From positions 459,528 to 523,527 of the forward strand of contig JAHWHZ010000001.1 in NCBI GenBank assembly GCA_019322895.1: a stretch of DNA of 64,000 nucleotides. The letters run 5' to 3'. The DNA comes from Candidatus Woesearchaeota archaeon (GTDB taxonomy: Archaea > Nanobdellota > Nanobdellia > Woesearchaeales > ARS49). Positions 62,656-64,000 of this stretch are shown one piece after another; within the stretch, counting starts at the first letter, position 1; every line of letters starts with the position of its first letter. A model generated the notes under the pieces. The model searched no databases and was not told the DNA's origin. It saw nothing but the letters and a program-made list of their open reading frames with translations. Made by a program: the position numbers and the translations under genes.

Positions 62656-64000
62656 ATGGGGAGGCGTGCTAATACAGCAATCTTGATAATATTATTTTTA
62701 ATAGTACTTGCCACAAGATTGTATTTGGCATACAGCACTCCTGTATTCAGTTCAGATGACTCTTATTTTCATTTAAGGCAGATAGAGCACATCAAGGAGA
62801 CAGGAGCGCCTATTTTTCATGATGATTTAAGCTTTTCAGGGCGCACTAATATATTCAGCCCGGCATTTCATTATTTTATTGCAGTTTTTGCATTGTTTTT
62901 GCCCACCATGCTTGTTGCAAAGCTTATACTTAACATATTTGCAGCATCATTGATATTTTTTGTCTACCTGATTGCCAAAAAAATTACAAATAATTCATTT
63001 GTCTCTCTTTTTACTGCATTTTTATCTGGCTTTGTGCCTGTGTTTTTTGCAGAGACAATAACTGAATTAAATCCAGTGTGCATCGTGATTCCCTTGATGT
63101 TCCTTTTGATATATGCGTTCATGAACATACAAGACCAGAGATGGCTGTATTGCTATCTGGTGCTGCTGGTTTTCCTGTCTTTGATACATCCAATAATTCT
63201 TTTGTTTATCTTGGGCTTGATTATTTACTTGATTTTGATCTTGATAGAACGCCTCAAGCAAAACAGAGAAGAGCTGGAAATCTCGCTTTTTTCAATATTC
63301 TTTGTCCTTTGGGCACAGTTCATTCTTTACAAGAAGCTGATTGTTTTTCACGGTCCTGCTGTTATCTGGCAGAACATTCCTGCCCCCATCTTGAATAATT
63401 ACTTTGCCCACATAACTGTTCTTGAAGCAATATATAACATAGGGATTGTCCCGCTTATAGTTGGGCTTTATGTGATTTATCTTTTTTCTTTCAAGAAGAA
63501 AAATAGGCAGATATACCTGATAATTGCTTTTGCTGCTTCTGCAGGGCTGCTGCTCTGGCTAAGACTGATAAATGTCAATGTCGGCTTGATGATGTTTGGA
63601 ATTGTCCTGGTCATACTTTTTGCGCAGTGGCTGAATAAGTTTATAGTCTATGTAAAACAATCAAGGGCATCTAATTTTTTAAGCTTGTTTCTTGTCTTGA
63701 TTTTTGCAGGCCTGCTTGTTTTGTCAGTTTATCCTTCTATTGAGATGGCAAAGATTTCTTTGAGCGAGATAACGCCTGCTGAGATAACTGCGCTGGAATG
63801 GATTGAAGAACATACTCCTGAAGATGCAGTCATAATTGCAGCGCCGCAAGAAGGCAATCTTATAACAGCGATAGCAAAACGAAAAAATATTCTTGATACT
63901 TTTTTTCTGCTGCAGCCTGATGCCAAGCAAAGGTTTGATGATGTTAAGAGAGTTTATTCTGCTTGTCTTGAGATAGAGGTTGTTGAGATAATGGACAAGT
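62656..64000 (+). CDS. aglB: oligosaccharyltransferase AglB/STT3-like polytopic membrane protein (N-terminal part; continues beyond window)
   Basis: Found by manual translation. It is absent from the ORF track because no stop occurs before the window end. MGRRANTAILIILFLIVLATRLYLAYSTPVFSSDDSYFHLRQIEH matches the first-loop DxD...YxHxR signature of STT3/AglB, followed by multiple TM helices. Confidence 0.55.
   Translation, partial: MGRRANTAILIILFLIVLATRLYLAYSTPVFSSDDSYFHLRQIEHIKETGAPIFHDDLSFSGRTNIFSPAFHYFIAVFALFLPTMLVAKLILNIFAASLIFFVYLIAKKITNNSFVSLFTAFLSGFVPVFFAETITELNPVCIVIPLMFLLIYAFMNIQDQRWLYCYLVLLVFLSLIHPIILLFILGLIIYLILILIERLKQNREELEISLFSIFFVLWAQFILYKKLIVFHGPAVIWQNIPAPILNNYFAHITVLEAIYNIGIVPLIVGLYVIYLFSFKKKNRQIYLIIAFAASAGLLLWLRLINVNVGLMMFGIVLVILFAQWLNKFIVYVKQSRASNFLSLFLVLIFAGLLVLSVYPSIEMAKISLSEITPAEITALEWIEEHTPEDAVIIAAPQEGNLITAIAKRKNILDTFFLLQPDAKQRFDDVKRVYSACLEIEVVEIMDK

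Noticed and set aside
1-64000. CRISPR arrays, tRNA and rRNA genes
   Set aside because: I scanned spacers for regularly spaced direct repeats and for tRNA T-arm/anticodon-arm consensus (GTTCGAATC-like) and found none. GCGCAGTATTGCTGC at 29541 superficially resembles a D-arm but lacks the GGTAGCGC partner and belongs to the repeat family.

Overview
This 64-kb window looks like a low-GC archaeal chromosome segment, most consistent with a small-genome DPANN-type archaeon. The archaeal housekeeping genes present are tRNA-splicing endonuclease, FEN1, PAN, archaeal TyrRS, RFC small subunit, Pelota, PheS/PheT, L14e, L34e, S2, RadA, RadB, RPA and an STT3/AglB-like N-terminus. Shine-Dalgarno-like GGAGGTGA motifs precede many starts. 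Roughly 0-28 kb and 56-64 kb are mostly conserved core genes, with two exceptions. One is a homing-endonuclease-like gene (six NUMOD3 repeats plus a Vsr-type nuclease) inserted between iscS-iscU and a split ThiI-like/TtuA-like tRNA-thiolation pair. The other is a five-gene operon of unknown surface proteins that includes three tandem paralogous lipoproteins. The accessory core is roughly 28.8-56.2 kb. It holds giant Cys-rich secreted proteins, one with a LamG domain and one of 1556 aa carrying novel 6-Cys tandem repeats, a thrombospondin-type-3-like Ca-binding motif and a Lys-rich cytoplasmic tail. These run directly, with ATGA start/stop overlaps, into a supercluster of at least 15 genes whose products carry archaeal class III (prepilin-like) signal peptides. 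The supercluster includes small disulfide-rich candidate major pilins, two micro-ORFs, a 1175-aa pilin-like giant, a kinase-like protein and two embedded transcription regulators (AbrB-PhoU and Lrp/AsnC). No pilus assembly ATPase, platform protein or prepilin peptidase lies in the window. Intergenic spacers carry copies of a previously unannotated roughly 60-110 nt repeat family, and one locus has two copies in opposite orientation plus a perfect 10-bp hairpin. No tRNA, rRNA or CRISPR array was found. All calls rest on reading the translated ORFs and the raw sequence, and no database searches were run.
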